Source: Octopus vulgaris (lineage: Eukaryota). From it: a DNA stretch of 64,000 nt. Below the pieces are notes generated by a model. The model saw only the letters and a program-made list of their open reading frames with translations, ran no database searches and was not told the origin of the DNA. The stretch is from contig OX597818.1 in NCBI GenBank assembly GCA_951406725.2, positions 67,394,001 through 67,458,000 of the forward strand, in the 5' to 3' direction. This document shows, piece after piece, positions 12,136 to 27,345 of this stretch (position 1 is its first letter; every line of letters begins with the position of its first letter). Position numbers and translations under genes: made by a program.

Positions 12136-14639
12136 ACCTAAATGCACACACATACGCAAATACCTATAGTCGAAAACGTGTGCCTGCCCAAATGCATTCA
12201 TGGCTATCACTGTTATTTTATAATTATGTGATTGTTAGGCATTTTGACGTAGTCTTTCTTATTCTATGTATGTCTGCGCGTGCGTGTATGCGAACGTGTC
12301 TAAATGCGTGTACGTGATTTTGTGTATGTTACTGCATTCAATCCACCTTCTATTTGATGTGGTTCATTATGTCCTCGCCGTCATACACTGATGACATACT
12401 TTCCAGCTATATTTATCTATGGGCAACAGGATACAGAATTATCTCAAGATCATCTGCAAACTATATTCTTTTAAATGCATCTTGATAAATTACCGAAATA
12501 CGTACATCTCTAGATTATTGTGTTTACGAATATTGCCTGTTATATTTCCTCTTCCAGAATTATTATCTTTTCAAATATTTCTAAATATAGTAATACCTCG
12601 AAATAATATTTTGAAGTGAATTGTAACGAAAATTTGGACTTAACTATCATTTCAATCACATTGCCGTTTAATTATTTATATATTTCATTTATTTCAAATT
12701 TTAATGCGAGGTATTTTAGTTGTTTGCAACTTTATCAACAATTAGAGAATGTTAACCCATATTTTTCGATTGATCAAGTGCTCAAAATAATTTCGCTATC
12801 ACTGATCAATATTTAATATTTAAATAATTTCTTGTACATACATACATATGTGTGTGTGTATGTATGTATGTATTAAAAAATAGCAAGATCATGCACGATC
12901 TTCGCTGGTGTAGTATTCTAAAATCAAAATCACTTCTATTACTACTAATGGAACCACGGCACAACTCAACAATAAGATCCAGAAGGCGTAATATAATCCC
13001 CGCAGAATGATTAATAAATTGCAACATTTAAACGAAGAAAGAAAAATTCAAACTGACATTGCTTTTGTTTTCTTAAACGGACGACATGTTTTATTCCACA
13101 TCTCATAGAATGTGGTGCAATCCATACAATGTTATGTGATATTTACCATAATCTGTAGAAATATGTAATAATATTCCTGCAACCCATTTACGTCTTCCGA
13201 TTTCATGATTTGCTAATACGATCAGAGGGATGGGCTCGGAAAAACGCTGAGTGTCATTTGCTGTGAACGCACATACAACACTTCTCTACAGAATTGTTTT
13301 CTGAATATAAACACTACGGAACCACTAACTCACAAGAGTCTAATGGTAAATAATTATTTGGGCAGTAAAACATTTAATATACAAAATTATTTTGTCGATT
13401 AAAATTACCCCCTTTATTAAAAAGCGATATATTATCTAATTTGAAGATAAGATTAATTACATTTAGACCAAACGACAAATGTAGGTAATTTATTTGAAAG
13501 AAGCACTCTTTTCACGGAAAAGTATGTGAGCGTCTGTGTACGTGTCTCTGTGTGTGAGCGTAGGGTCATGATAATACATTCATACATACATACCTACACA
13601 CACGCACAGACACAGCCAGATGAATACACACGCGCATTCAAACGAACACCTACACACATATCTATACATCTACACCATTTGCATGAGTGTACGGTTATTT
13701 TTTAGTCTCTATGTGATATATACTAATGCCTTGATAAATCTAGAGAAAATATTCTTATCTGTTACATATTTCACAGAGATATTGATGATCTAATCCGAGA
13801 TTTATTTAAAGTTTCGGTTCCATCACAAGAGGAGTGCGTGGATTGAACCCGTCGCTATGAAACTGAAAATGCTTCACTTTTCTTAGATGCACATCTTTTA
13901 ATGGTTCATCAAAGACACTTTGTTACCGATTTTGCCGACGTCTTTCATAGTGTGTATTTCATACTAACCTGACACGAACTGTCACATGACATAATTCTTC
14001 CTGTGTAACCTTCAAATGAGTTCATCGATAAACTTTGACTCGAAATTACTTCTAAAATATTATCACAGAAATGGAAATGTAAAACGCAAATAATAGAAGA
14101 AAAATATGAAGCATGAATTAATTTTTGCCTATAAAATGCACCACTAAAAGCAAATTGAACACGTCTTTTGTTGGTTGCAGATTAAAACAATTATCTTGCA
14201 CGCTGTGTGTGTAATCACCCAAAGCTGCTTAAAACTATAGATACCAGTTACCCACAAATGAAAATAACCATGCAGAAAATGTTCATAGAAAATTGTCAGT
14301 CAACCGTGAACAAACAAATCTCTCTCTTTTAAAATAACCATAAAGTTTAAATTAAGCTCTGTAAGATCAACAGGAATATTTCAGTAATTTTGTCAGTTGT
14401 AGAATATTTGATTCGACTGCCAACTTTATTTATTTATTTATTTTCTGCATTATATATTTTTTCTGTTGCACTTATGTTTTTTTTTTTATTTATTCTGTTT
14501 TGCTGTTGTAAATTCTGGATATGGATGATTATATCATTAGACTGAAGTCTATTACAGCTGTCAGATTTTCATGGAGAAAGTCATTGATTCACTTTCGTCC
14601 TGGGCTCTTCTTATGATTTTCCTCGTCTCTTCTTTACTT

Positions 14640-15275
14640 CCGAGTCATCATCATCATGATCACAGTCATCGTAGTGGCCGTCGTGGTCGTCGTCAGCAGC
14701 AGCACTAGCAGTAGTACCATTAAAATCATTATCATCACCCTCATCACCCGTAGCATCACCACCACAACCACCACCACAACCACCACCACCACCACCACTA
14801 TAGCCACATTTGTCTAACAATACACTACCATCACCACCATGGACGTGACAATCGATTCCACGATCATTACTGTTGCCTTCCTCATTATCATCATCATCAA
14901 CCGTAGCATAAACACCACAACCATCACCATCGCCACCATCACCACCACCACTATAACCATATTTTTCTAACAATACACTGCCATCACCACCATGAACATC
15001 ATCATCGATTCCACGATTATTACTGTCGTATTCATCATCATCGTCATCATCATCATCATAGTCATCGCAGTCGCCGTCATCGCCGTCATTATCGTCAGCA
15101 GCAGCAACAGCAGCAGTGGTAGTATTAGTCCCGTTAACGTGAGTATTATTATTATCATCGTCATCTTCAACACATCCACCACTATCGCCATCAGTATCAT
15201 CGTTGACTGCACAATCATTGCCGTTGTCGTCATCATTACCATCATCATCATCATCATCAACAACATTATTACAGT
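14640..15275. repeat. degenerate (CAT/CAC)n low-complexity region with ~150-bp tandem duplication
   Basis: CCGTAGCAT...CTAACAATACACT...ATCGATTCCACGAT occurs twice (~14725-14880 and 14881-15033). Confidence 0.88.
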
Positions 15276-15920
15276 TATCAGCACAAATTTATTTTTTTGT
15301 ATTCACAGTTACTGTATAAACCACGATGATTATACGTTATTCACAAGAAGAATACCCCCCCCCCCCCTTGGCAGTCATAGCAACTTGTCTCTGGTCGTGA
15401 AGAAAGGGGAATAAACCACGTCAGGAATGTCGCTGGAGACGAAAGCATTCTTTGTCACTCATCTGAAATAATTTTTAAGCAAGGTGTAAATCATTATAAA
15501 ATATTATACAGGAGCATTGTGTTTTGGCACCAGAAAAGCCATAAAATTACTTGTAGAGTAGGTTTAAGTCTTTTTCATGCTCCAGCTGTTCTTGCGTAAT
15601 TCCGTGTCATCTTTGAGGAATTTGCTTTTTCAAGAAATGAAAGATCATAAAAGCCTCTTTAGTCTCCTCTCATGCCTGTTGAGTGGATAACAACCTCTAA
15701 TAAAGTTTTGCAAAAAGTACTTCTTGCTTTTCGTGTTTCATAATAAACAACGTTCGACAAAAAAGACCATTTTCTGATATGAAGATAATTAACAATCTCC
15801 TGCTGCTCCTCCACCCCCGCATCCTCCTCATCAACCTCCATCAATGCCATCTTCATAATCTTCGTCGTCGTCGTCGTCGTCGCCGCCGTTGTCGTCCTCT
15901 TCCTCCTTCTCTTCATCATC

Positions 15921-15957
<37 letters not shown>

Positions 15958-17439
15958 AGTGATACACATTGCCAATATTTTCCCCATTGTTATCCTCGCA
16001 TTTTATTTACAATAAACTGTTAATACCTTCTATTCACTCTCTATTTACAACGCTGATATATCGAAATAGAATAGAGTTGACAAGACGTCATTTAAGAGAA
16101 GAAAGAACATCCCCTGTCGATACTGTAGCAAGCAAACCTTGCCTTCTAAGTGATGCTGGCTGCCATTATGCACTTTGTAAAATTCCATTGTAATCATTCC
16201 TGAATGTCTGCATCGTTATTCAAATATATGCATTGTCTAAAATAAAGACGCGCATTTCAGGAAATAGTAGCCATCTTTAATCAATACATCAGTCGTAATA
16301 TCGGAGTTGTGTTCAAAATTATACAATATATTGTTGTATTATAACACTCGTTCTGGATTTTCTAACCAAAATTAGTATTTATATTTATATTTAAATTCAA
16401 ACGAGTGCTAAATACTACAAATTATCCCGTTTCTTTCTTCAATTACATAAAGACATTCGAAAATCGAAACAGATTTTTCATTTGTACCTGTAAGGGATTA
16501 CGTTTCGCCATTACCCAATCTGCCCAGTTAAATAATTGTAGGGATGAGAAAATTCATATATTTTACCAGTTAAAAAATCTCATCTATACAAAGTAACATG
16601 AGAATCAGAATGACCAAATACTGTAGTACAATCAGTGAAGGGATATAACATTTTGGCCGCGAACTGTCGAACTTACAGGTTTCAAATTGTTGCTGGAGAA
16701 CCAATGGTTGCTATTAAGATTTAAGCTGTATCTGATTAAGAGTACATTTACATGAATGATAGCCACTTATACAAAGAAGGAAAAGACTATCTAAGTTTGG
16801 TACATTGAAACGAGTACAAGATGGTACTTGCTTTCATGTTTTTATCCACGAAAGAAAGGCTTAGACAAATTCCGGTGAATATTGGTCAGATTTTTGGAGT
16901 TGTCAGCGTCGATTCTTCCACAAATTAAACATTTTAATCAAGCAAAAGCAACACATTCATAGATTATTAAGTAAAACTTTAGTTGAAGTACAACAGCTAA
17001 TTAAATTATTCTGCTTCATAGACGGTGGCAGATGTTACTAGCGCTAACACTTACACATACAAACACATGCGCACACACATACACGCACACATGTATTAAT
17101 GTGTGTACACATGTGCAGCTAGACCTATACATATTATATAGCTGTCTATTTCTCTCTGTCTATCTCTCTTTCTCTCTCTCTCTCTCTCTCTGGCTCTCTC
17201 TCACTCCCCTCACTCTGTATATATATATATATATATAATTAATTAATAAGGGTTTTGGAATTCATTAATAGCGAAACAATTGTCCCAAAATAATCTGTAT
17301 TTTTGTTATTTTTTATTTGCCCTGTCCGTGTGAGCTAACAATCGTACTGACTTTCATGGGAAACATGTATTTTTGTGGTTGAAACCTTTTGGATTAACTG
17401 GTGCTAGAGTGAGCCATATAGTGACCACTCTCTTATATT

Positions 17440-17489
<50 letters not shown>

Positions 17490-17905
17490 GTAATGGATGG
17501 GCAGTATCCTTGAAACAATTTTGCCAAAAGCTGACCCAGAAGTCAGGAACAAACATGAATGGTTGTGTAATGTCCTAAAGATTCATTTGCGAGTCATGCA
17601 ACTCATACGAAAGGGATTCAGCAGGCGAGAATGAGAGGCATCGCGAATTATCTTTGATTATAAATTACCGATTTAGATGAACCGATCGTTTTGACCGTTT
17701 AGAAGACAACTGGAAGTCAAAACATGTTATATTTAGTCTGCGGGATAAGAAGAAACGGCCCCAGTCGAAATGATGGAAACATTTGAAAGACTATCTTAGA
17801 CGCACTTAGAGAAATTAACTATGACAGGAACTCCTGGGACGATCTGCCATCAGAGATACAGACCCCCAAATCAAAGTGTGCCCTTGAGATGAATCTATTT
17901 GAGAT
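17490..17905 (+). mobile_element. degenerate LINE 3' fragment, RTE-like
   Basis: Broken frames resemble RTE C-termini (RNEW-like ... KRRNGP..W); many stops. Confidence 0.4.
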
Positions 17906-18002
17906 AGAGTGAGAGTCAGAGGTCTTTACATATATAGACACACACACATATGTATATATATATATTCATGTCTCTATACATACATACACACATACACACA
18001 CG

Positions 18003-18037
<35 letters not shown>

Positions 18038-19007
18038 GGGGGGAGAGGTGTAGGTAGATTGCTAGATAGAAAGTTATACATATGCCACCCATACATACAG
18101 ATGCACCACACACATTCACAAATAAACGACCACCGGTGACTGTTTATGACCAACGCCATACAGCTTCTCCATTTAACTGACCACAGGGACAGTTATAAAC
18201 CGCTCATACGTTTGCAAGACACATTCTCACATATAATTACGTCTCCTCTGCCTTACTTTGCATAGTTCGAGAGAAAGAAACACACCATATAAGGAAACAT
18301 ATTGATGTAAAGTAAACACAGATTCGTGATTGTTTGTTAATATAATTTATTTAAGTAATTATTCTCCCTCCAATGAACATACAAACATGAAAGTGAAGTT
18401 ACACAAACACACACATACGTATTTATATTGTAATTCTCTATACAGACTTATGCATGCACAGATATGTTTAACATCGATTATGTCTCTCTCTCCCCTCTCA
18501 TTGACTATCACACACACACACATATATATATATATGCATATATGTATGAATTTATGTATGTATGATTGTTTGAATCTGTGCCGTGTAAGAAGGCACATAC
18601 GCACTCCACAGGCTACATCATAATTAGCGTTAGTACACTATTTTTCACCAAATATGTCATGACTTTCTCATGCACGCTGTTACAAACTGAACAGCATCTC
18701 TTCTCATCATTACACAAGATAATTTATAATGAAAGCCAGATTTTACTGTTGTAGCAGAATAAAAAGTCGTTTAATTTAATTAGCCCCACAGACAACGTGC
18801 TGTTAGCTTGTTCAATAAATCTTTGATGGTTGCCAATTTCTCTGATGTTCCATTCATATTATCACTTAATGAGAAACATCCTCCTGGAATTATTCCCAAG
18901 TAAATGCTAATTTTTCCAAAGGCTCCCTCTACTGATTAGGATTTTAATCTTTAACAGACATATTCCCATGCCCATATATACTTATGTTCACGTTTGCATG
19001 CATATAT

Positions 19008-19097
<90 letters not shown>

Positions 19098-20587
19098 TAA
19101 TATATCTGTAACTCTATTTTATTTCTCTATAGTTATATATTTATCAGTGTAAGCATGTATCAATGTATTATATACATTTGTACGTGTGTATTGTGTGTTC
19201 CAGTGGCGAGGAGAGTGGGTGTTTGCAGGTGTGTGTGTGTAGGTATACTGATATGCACGCGCACATGTTTAATAACTACTGCATTAAGAGGGATTTGTGG
19301 TTTCGCTGATTTGGACCATAATATTCCAGTGCCGCGCTTGCATTATTGTTATGGAAATCAGGATGTTATGGCGACTGGCCATCTTTAAAATCATAGCCAC
19401 TTCAAACGTTATGTAAAGCCTTGTGCTCCTCAAGCTTAACTCCACGTGTAGAAAGATGATTTACTGTGGTTCGTAATCTTTCATAGAAATAACCTCAGTT
19501 TTACAAACTCGGATATGTGCGCGCGCGCGTGTGTGTGTGTGGTTGTCTGTTTGTGTGTGTTGTTCTGTGTGATTGTAGTTGTATGTAAAGGTACTCAATA
19601 GATGTTACACACTTCACATTGCATAAGCAATTATATTCCCAGGCACCACAACGACAACCTATTGACATGTGTCAAGTAAAACATACTGCAAAATGTTTTA
19701 AATTGTCGTCTGAATGCATTGAAGTTCTGTGACCTTACGCTTGTCGTATATATATCGTGCCATACCGTCCATAGAACATTAACTTCCATTGAATTTACGT
19801 ATTTTAAAAACGCCAAAATCGTAAAGCCTAATAACCACTCAATTCTATTTAATATTATGATTCCTTGCATCATCCTCAGAAAGATTAAGAAATCTGCTAA
19901 TGTTATGTTGTGATAACTGATATGTAGTAATGCATATTGGCTTATATAGTTCAATCATTTTCATTTAAGTTTCATTCCAGGTGAAAATTTTAAGGGAATA
20001 TTATACAGTGCCCTAATACATATATTCAATGACTGGAGAATGTGTGAGATTAATTTCACGTCCACGGCACTCATCAAATGAAACAAGGATCCATATGTCT
20101 CGACTAGCATTGGATCAGGGATCTTTTAATTATTAGTCCATATGCTGTTAAGAATATGAATCTAGGAAGTACGAGTATTTAAACTGAGTATTTAAACTGA
20201 GCGTAAAAAACTACTTTCTATCAATACCTTATATTAATCAAGTGAAAGAATCATGCTTTTAGCAATATTAGCAAACGGATGACCAAAATGTTTGGTTTAG
20301 AGTAATATCCACCAGCACACAGCAGAGTTGGAGTGGCGCAGGACATAAAGGAAACTTCAGTATCAACAGATATACAAACAAACCTACAATCTAGAAATCA
20401 TACTTATCATTATTTCATTAGATGCTTCACTATACGCTAGAATAGTTAATTCCTGTATAATATGCACGTTTCCATGTGCAAATAAAAAAAAAATCCGTTT
20501 ATAATAAGGCGCTCCACCGGTGGCTGTGTTGCAAATAACATACTTTCTTATTATTATTAATTATAATGATAATGATAATAATAATAA

Positions 20588-20776
20588 GGGTGGGGCAAGT
20601 ACATGGTACAAATAGGGGCTGCAATAGGGGTGGAACACTTGCAGAAAACAACTCTGCTTGGAACCGCTCGAATACTCCGGAAGGTGCACGAAAAAAAGGT
20701 GTTGCCTTAGTTATCAGGTAGTGAATAGCTTATACTGTGTAGTACATCTCCAGCGTTAGAATCTGTGCAAAGAAAA
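20588..20776 (+). mobile_element. R4/Dong-type non-LTR retrotransposon, 5'-truncated 3' end, in (TAA)n
   Basis: KYMVQIGAAIGVEHLQKTTLLGTARILRKV matches the LQKxxLLGTARILRKVL terminus; TAA repeats on both flanks. Confidence 0.85.
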
Positions 20777-21241
20777 TAATAATAATTCTCATTATTATCA
20801 TCATATATATTTATGCTGGGATAGGAACAAACACGCACACACATGCATACATACATACTTACATACATTTATATGACGGTATGTTTTCGGTTTGCATTCC
20901 GTATCTGCCAAAAATGCCAAAAACAGTTAGTTATAAATACAGAAGTCCTTTTATCTTTTGGAAAGCAGTCGTCAGTATACTTATACAATCAGTGAATATA
21001 TCCAATGAATCTTTTCTAAAAACATGTTTACAGTTTGCAGTTGGTCTGAAGTGGGAAGATTTAACCTCTATTTTGAAACTATTTTTCTCGATTATTTCCT
21101 TAAAATTATTTTCGGTTCTTTTCGTATTCAAAGAATAATTTTACATTACCAAGTGACGGAAACAAGCAGTAGAAATTTGGAAGCTTGTATTGTTTATTGT
21201 ATTGCTATACGGTCTACAAATCCTGGCCTAAAAAAAAACTA

Positions 21242-21288
<47 letters not shown>

Positions 21289-22871
21289 CGTGTGTGTGTG
21301 GGCGTGTGTGTATCACTTAATGTAAAATTTATAAAAAATTCACAACATACGGGAAAACAATTTATATATACACACAGACATCTATTCTTACACACACACA
21401 CATATATATATATATGTGTATATTATTACATACAAACGCATGCGTGCACACACATACGCACACTCTCACGAACACACAAACTCACACATACATATATATA
21501 CACATTGAGAAGGAAGAAGAGAGCGAGAGGGATAATAGTTCTTAGACACCGTTTTCTTGGGTAAGTTTCTAAATATTTTCATATGCATGGTTTTGACGGA
21601 TGCTTTTCAAAAATTTTCTGAGCTACAGGCCACGCTTTCGGTTGTAGTTCTCCCCTTCCACTACTAACTGATTTCACGTAAAGCTCGAATATTTTACCTG
21701 TTATAATACCAGCTCCACGTGGTTGACATGTCCATCATATGTACAAAAGAAGTATTAGATTCAGCTACTTAAGACAGAAACAAAATAGAAATTAATTGCG
21801 ACAGAATGGATATCAATATGAAAAGGTAATATTCACTTTGCCCTACGTGTATCTGTAGTGCTAGAAAACTGAATACTGCTTTATTTACCATCAGAAGATC
21901 CCTTTTATGGACTTGTGAAACATTTAGGCATGGATATTTATATCGCTGACAGGGTATAATCGTTAAGCGTCCGCTGCAGCCGCCAGAATCACGTGATATC
22001 ATCCTTCCCTGTGCTTCTCAGTGGCAGACGTCCGGCTACACATAGCTATCCAAATTCTCCTGTCAGTGGTTCATAAAATTTCATTTTCTATTTAGGTCCT
22101 TCTGTTGTAAATATTCGGTGGACCTATTTAAAAAAACAATAAATAGCAGCATAATCACCATTAACAACAAAAGAGAAATGTCTTGAGCCACCGCTTGTCC
22201 CCGTCTTATGCCCGCGCATATAGGTTACTGAGAATATAGGTTACTGAGAACCGATATTCATATTGAAACACTGAGTGCTTAAATAAAATTTTAAATATAT
22301 TTCTATGTCTGCGCTCATACTTAAGACTTTGTGAACACCGCTGTACCGTTTATATCTTTTCGTTAATATGTAATATATAATATATAATATTTTTTTAGAA
22401 TATATATTCTACAATTTTTGAGAGATGATACAATTCTAAATGCATTGCTGCCATTTAATTTATCACCTAAAATGAAAACAAAATGCAATTATTTCGAGAA
22501 GTGATATTAGCCTGCCATTGCAGAATTTCCGTAACCGAATTGTCTTGATCAAGTTAATAATGTATTCATTTACATGCTGCAATCGAGTCGGATGAAAAGA
22601 GCATAAAAGGGGAGGAGCCGAAAAGCTTGAGAGAAGGAAAAATTGCTAAAAAATGTGATAATATTTTAGTCATTTATGACTTACAATCTTTTATAATTTT
22701 CTGTAAATCACATGCAACAGATACTGACATATTTCGGTATTATGAAAGCTTTTCTATGAGCCATGGATATTGCCTCCGTTTTCAACAAAGAATTCATATA
22801 AGATTTACAAAATTTCTCTGTCTATAAATAGTATTTACAGCTGAGAATGAATAACGTATTTCATTTGCATA

Positions 22872-22937
<66 letters not shown>

Positions 22938-24984
22938 ATTGAAACAGTTAAAAAATAAAATTATAAAAGCATATATATATATAGATCAATTTTTAGCTAG
23001 ATACGTATTGGATAATAAATATGCGTCTCTTTACCATAAGGACGCTCATTCTTAGTAGAGAATGGAAATCTATTTCTCACTGCAGGTTGACTGATTTTCT
23101 CAATGAAGACAATTTATTCAATGCTTTTCCGTGGAGTTTAAAGTGTTAATGAATTTACCCCAATACTGACGTCTATGGAATATAAACTTTTGCTTAGACA
23201 ATTTATCATATGACTAGTAAGAGAAAAAATAAGCAAGGCCATAATTTAAATATTTATTTCTTGAAATAATATATAACTTCAATAGATATTTAATGCAACG
23301 TATGAAAAGGAAAGGAAAATACATGTGATTAAATATCAAAAGCAAAATTGTAAACAGAGTTAGTAAAGTAAAGTAACATACATTATAATGGATTTGAACG
23401 AAATACGCATTCATCCGAGCAATCAAATCAGAGCCTAAAAAAAGAACCGGGCGCTATAGAAACTAGCAGAACAATTGGAAAAATAAATATTTCAACAACA
23501 TAAAAATATGAGCAGCTGTTGGCGACATCAAATAATATTTGCCCATTTATTTATTTAGCCATTTATTTATTTATTTACTTATTTTCAATATTTTATTTCA
23601 AAGCTACACCACTCATACCAAGTAGCCATTAGTAAAGAGGAAAATACATTTGCAGACTTGAATAACTGAGAGATAAAACAAAATGATAATATAAAATAGA
23701 AAAACATGAAAAAAAGAAAACAAAGATGTAAAGAATATCAGACAGTTCCTGATGCCAAAATATATAAAGCCAAATATTTGCATAGCTGTGGTAAATACAT
23801 TTCTATAAAGGTCCTGTCACACAGGTATAAATAGTAGAGAGGAAAGCGAATGAAATAAATCAAAGTATTCTTGTAAACATAATGCACATATTTCTCTGGA
23901 GGATATTGAAGAACGGGAGAGTAAACGAAAAAAAATTCCAGCTAAAATATGTCAATCATAGTAATAACATACTAACAGGTTTGACTATAGAAACTGAGAG
24001 AATTAGAAAACAACATTTTATGTTTACTAATGTCCAGCCTAAAATCTTTATCTATACATGTTTACAGGAACAAAATGTTCGACAAGCTTAGAGGTCAAAA
24101 CACTGGCTCACCTTTCAAAAGAAATAATTGCAATATTTTTTTATCTATCCAAAAATGAAAATTTCATTCTAAAAAAATAAAAAAAATTAAATTATAGAAT
24201 AAAATAAAAATATTGAAGATAAACATTATTTTACCGAATGTTTTATTAGAGTATGGTGGGTGCGGAAGCAGAGTTATCTTTCTACTCTGCAATCATTTAG
24301 AAAAAAAATCTAGAATAAGTTGTAAAAAGTAATAGAACACAACTGTACATCAAAATATTGGAAAATTAGAAATAAGAAATAAAGCTGAAAACTAAATATA
24401 ATTTAGAGAATTATGTTTAAATCTACTGGAGACAGAGCTTAATAGAGATTCGTTATATCTGAAGAAAAAATGAATATATAGATAACAGAAGCGACAAAAC
24501 CGTGGAGATTATAAAATTGTTTCTGTATTAGTAATTTTGGTTAAGCATATTCTTGTTAAACATAAGAACTGTCAATGCACTGGGTTAATCTTTTAGTTGT
24601 GCCTAATATAAAATAACGATGTATATGGAGTTTATATCTCCAAATAATTAGTCACGTGTTGAACATCGCACCATGGTTAACGAAAAGCTTGCATTTCTTT
24701 TTGTTTTCTTATGCTACCTTAGAGTAATAATGGTATTACCTATATTATGCTGTGTCTTCACACCTCAGCGTTAAGATATCGATCATATATCATTACTAAG
24801 TACAACCTCGCTTAAAACTAAATCAGAAGCGATTCGTTGGGAAACCCAATGAAAATATCGATATATGTAGCGAGGCGGGACACACGAGAGTGATAGGAGG
24901 GTATGTTGTGCTCATTACTCCTTAAAGGGAGTCTGGTAGTTGAGAGAGGTGAGTATCCTCAAATAAATGAATTCATGTAATTAA

Positions 24985-25392
24985 GTCGTAGCTGGATTGG
25001 AACTCCGAACGAAAAGAGCCGGATGTTCCCGCAGGTCTGCCAATGATTTCTTTTATCGACCCAAAAGATATTTAACCAAAGTTCATTTCGATGATTTGAA
25101 CTCACATTATACACAATTGAAGCAAATAATTCGAGGCTTGCACTACTTCACCAATTTGCTGAATTATCAATTCTGGGATAATTTTCTGTTAAGATTTTGG
25201 CACAAGGCTAGACATTTTGAGGGAGTTGACCACTTTATTACCGCATTCTTAGTACTACATCGATATTTAATTCATCAATGATGCAAAGGTAGTAGACAAA
25301 ATCGACCGTAGTTTCATTTGAACTGAGAAAATTAAAGAGCCTGGAGAAATAACGCGAAGTGTTTTGAAGCTTTTGTCAGTTCGACGCCTTAA
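24985..25392 (-). mobile_element. old SINE family B fragments
   Basis: TTTATCGACC..AAAG..AAAGT..ATTTGAACT motifs occur twice, matching 2452-2676. Confidence 0.6.
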
Positions 25393-25869
25393 ATTCAGTC
25401 ATTCGATGATTCAGATATATATGAATTTAGCTCCAAATATGCATTTAATTACTTAGAAAGGATTATAAAACAATATAGTAAATCGTTTGTCCAAGCAATG
25501 AGAGTGGCATCAGCGAAATGGTTTGCATTATCGAGTGCCAAGACGTGAGATCATGGATTTTCATTTCTTCGTGAGATAATTATACGGGAATCCTTTTCAG
25601 TAGATCTTGTGGTTGTTGATGAAATATCCTATAACTGCTTCATATAAAAGTTTAAGAAGAAATCACCAACTGAGCATAAGGCTCACAAAAATAGATTTAT
25701 TGGAATATATTGTCGGTTCCCTAACCAACGGTGGACAAAATAAGTGAGAGGATGATAGCTATAAAATAATGGTGGTATATATGTCAGACACAGTTAGGTC
25801 CTCGATGCATCCTCCTCGAAGCATTCTTCCAAATGTTAGCAATTCGAACGAAATGCAATACTGAAAAGA

Positions 25870-26270
25870 ATTCTTTAGCGTGATTTGCTTGCAAATCACG
25901 TCGTTCCGGGTTCAGTCCTGCCTCATGGAAACTTGGGCAAGTGGGTTCTACTATGGCTTTCAGCAATAGACTTGAGAGTAGATTTGGAAGATGGAAACTG
26001 AAAGAAGCCTGTCGTGTATATGAATATGAGCGTGTCTGTGTGTGTTTCTGTGTATATACGTGTGTGTTTCTTTATAACTGTGTTTGTCTCACATTACCAC
26101 TTGACAACCGATGTTGGTGTTTTTACGTCCCCTGTTGGACAACAGAGACCGATGCAATAGGTACCAAGCTTTAAAAGTTAAGTAGTAGAGTCGATTGGTA
26201 GGACCAAATTTCGTCTATGCCGCCGCCCAGCATGACCACAGTGTTCTGATAAAACAAGTAAAATGAAATA
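25870..26270 (+). mobile_element. SINE family A
   Basis: TTCCGGGTTCAGTCC, TTGGGCAAGTG, GGAAACTGAAAGAAGCCTGTCGT, CTTGACAACCGATG. Confidence 0.88.
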
Positions 26271-26639
26271 AAGCAACTAAATAATGAGAGAATTTAGTAC
26301 TTAAGACGTACAGAAATATTATGCTTGATTATTATACAGTGAGACCAAGAAATAAAAGGGGAAGTAAATTTGAGAAAGGCGAATAGGATTTCTAGCTTGA
26401 AATTAATGGCGGAATTTGAGGAAAAGCATGAAGAAACAAAGAATGTGGGAGATACGGTGTATACATATAAGATCTATATACATATACAAAGATATATAGG
26501 TACATACATATATGTGAATATATATACATACATACACATGATGATGATGATGAAGATGACGACAATGATGACGATGATGATGATGACGACAATGATGATG
26601 ATGTTGTTTATGTTGATGATGATGATGATGATGGTAGAG

Positions 26640-27345
26640 TATCGTAGTTCAAGAGAGTGTTCTGCAATTTTTAGAGGAATAGCATGCACAAAGGTTTTTT
26701 TTATAGTGTTTCTTTTAATTATTTATGTGTCCATTATCTCACTCCTTCAATTAAAAGAGCGTTGCCTGAACTGTGCCCCAGTCTGGCCGTTGCGAATTTT
26801 CGATTTATTTTCGACATTGTTTATAGATGTGAAATTTTATCATTATCTAGTAATTATTTCTCGTTTAATGCCGCTTGCTTTATTTTCTACGTGATTGTGG
26901 GGCAATATCCCTGGCTACTCAACTGGCAATATCGGCAAATTCTCTCATTAGTTAAGAATGAGAAAAGAAGACAATTCTGTAGGTTTGTAGCCAACGATTT
27001 AATTCTTACTTTCGAAGCCTCCTAAAAATCAATTTAGAATGTGAACATTAATAATCTGTTATATCAACTTAGATATAATCCTACAATCCTCTTTGTTCTA
27101 CACTGCCCTGCTAAATTATTAAACACATATATTTGGTTCTCTTCATTGATTTTAAAATTACTTTTTGGTGATAATTTTACTAACCTGTGCTCCGCCACCA
27201 TAACCTCATCAGTTTCAATATCTGCATTACGTTCCCTTAGGGGCCGAAACCGGACATGGTTCCTCCTGATGATATCTTGAGCTAACTGGATCCTATAAAG
27301 GAGCTGTTTTGGTAGCAGACTACGAAACACAGTTGTAATTCCTCC
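26640..27345 (-). mobile_element. Penelope-like relic: degenerate GIY-YIG region plus inverted terminal repeat copy (27238-27345)
   Basis: Minus-strand GQTGAQFRQR and KIAEHSLE resemble YIGQTGR.F..R / SAIAEH; 27238-27345 is the reverse complement of 30820-30929. Confidence 0.55.

Noticed and set aside
14611-14973. Gly/Asp-rich ORF resembling a structural or biomineral protein
   Set aside because: It derives from degenerate (CAC/CAT)n repeats, lacks an ATG start and a signal peptide, and has no splice support.
15545-15645. Possible minus-strand exon bounded by AG and GTAA
   Set aside because: All three frames contain stops and the splice signals are weak.
17250-17292. TTTTGG...GCGAAACAATTGTC-CCAAAA resembling hammerhead stems I and III
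   Set aside because: There is no CTGANGA-like core between the stems.
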